Shown: positions 63,686 to 64,000 of the stretch, one piece after another
How the letters are laid out: every line of letters starts with the position of its first letter
Position numbering within the stretch: position 1 is the first letter of the stretch
Notes under the pieces: generated by a model
The model's input: only the letters and a program-made list of their open reading frames with translations
What the model was told of the DNA's origin: nothing
Database searches by the model: none
Assembly: GCF_036365525.1 (NCBI RefSeq)
Contig: NC_090404.1
Span: 37,133,497-37,197,496 of the forward strand
DNA: 64,000 nucleotides
Direction of reading: 5' to 3'
Origin: Heterodontus francisci
Lineage: Eukaryota
Translations under genes and position numbers: made by a program

Positions 63686-64000
63686 AATTAAAATAGTGTT
63701 TTAAACTTCAAATTGGATATCTGCCAGACATCTTCAGACATTCAAGACTGAAGCTTATCTCTTAGAAAATTGTTCATTGCCTTTTCACAGTTGCAAAACC
63801 AACTTTTAAAATAAAAATACAAACTTTAATTTAAAATATAATTAAATTTTTATATCCCATTTCCGGGTGCACAGTCTTAACTTGAAACCGAACACACTCA
63901 ACAATCACCTTCACACTATTCAATTCCAAACAACTTTAAAAAATTGATTCCTGTAATGGGTTATGAATTCAAAGTACCAAAAATCTGCATTAAATTTCCA

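Overview
Cartilaginous-fish (shark) genomic DNA carrying one complete, unrearranged and apparently intact IgNAR (heavy-chain-only new antigen receptor) cluster on the minus strand, spanning about 21.6-51.8 kb. Order in gene direction: octamer/TATA promoter, leader, V (type II-like, CDR1 Cys), three D segments, one J, C1-C5, secretory tail, TM1 and TM2. All RSSs were read directly (V-22/23, 12-D1-23, 12-D2-22, 12-D3-12, 23-J), and all exons are open with in-phase GT-AG junctions. From recall, the V framework resembles spiny-dogfish-type VNARs; the species is an inference. The rest is dense in retroelements: CR1 LINEs of several ages, L2-like and other LINE fragments, tRNA-derived SINEs, MITE-like hairpins, a tRNA-Glu pseudogene, and a Penelope-like (RT + GIY-YIG) element nested in a CR1. 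Most notable observations: (i) a minimal hammerhead-ribozyme-like motif with stem covariation at four Penelope 3' ends; (ii) the J 23-RSS looks like a D-type 12-RSS lengthened by an 11-nt tandem duplication; (iii) RSS spacer grammar makes the only Cys-encoding D segment obligatory; (iv) a degenerate ~61-bp tandem array between the secretory and membrane exons. Exon and RSS coordinates were counted by hand; repeat boundaries are approximate.
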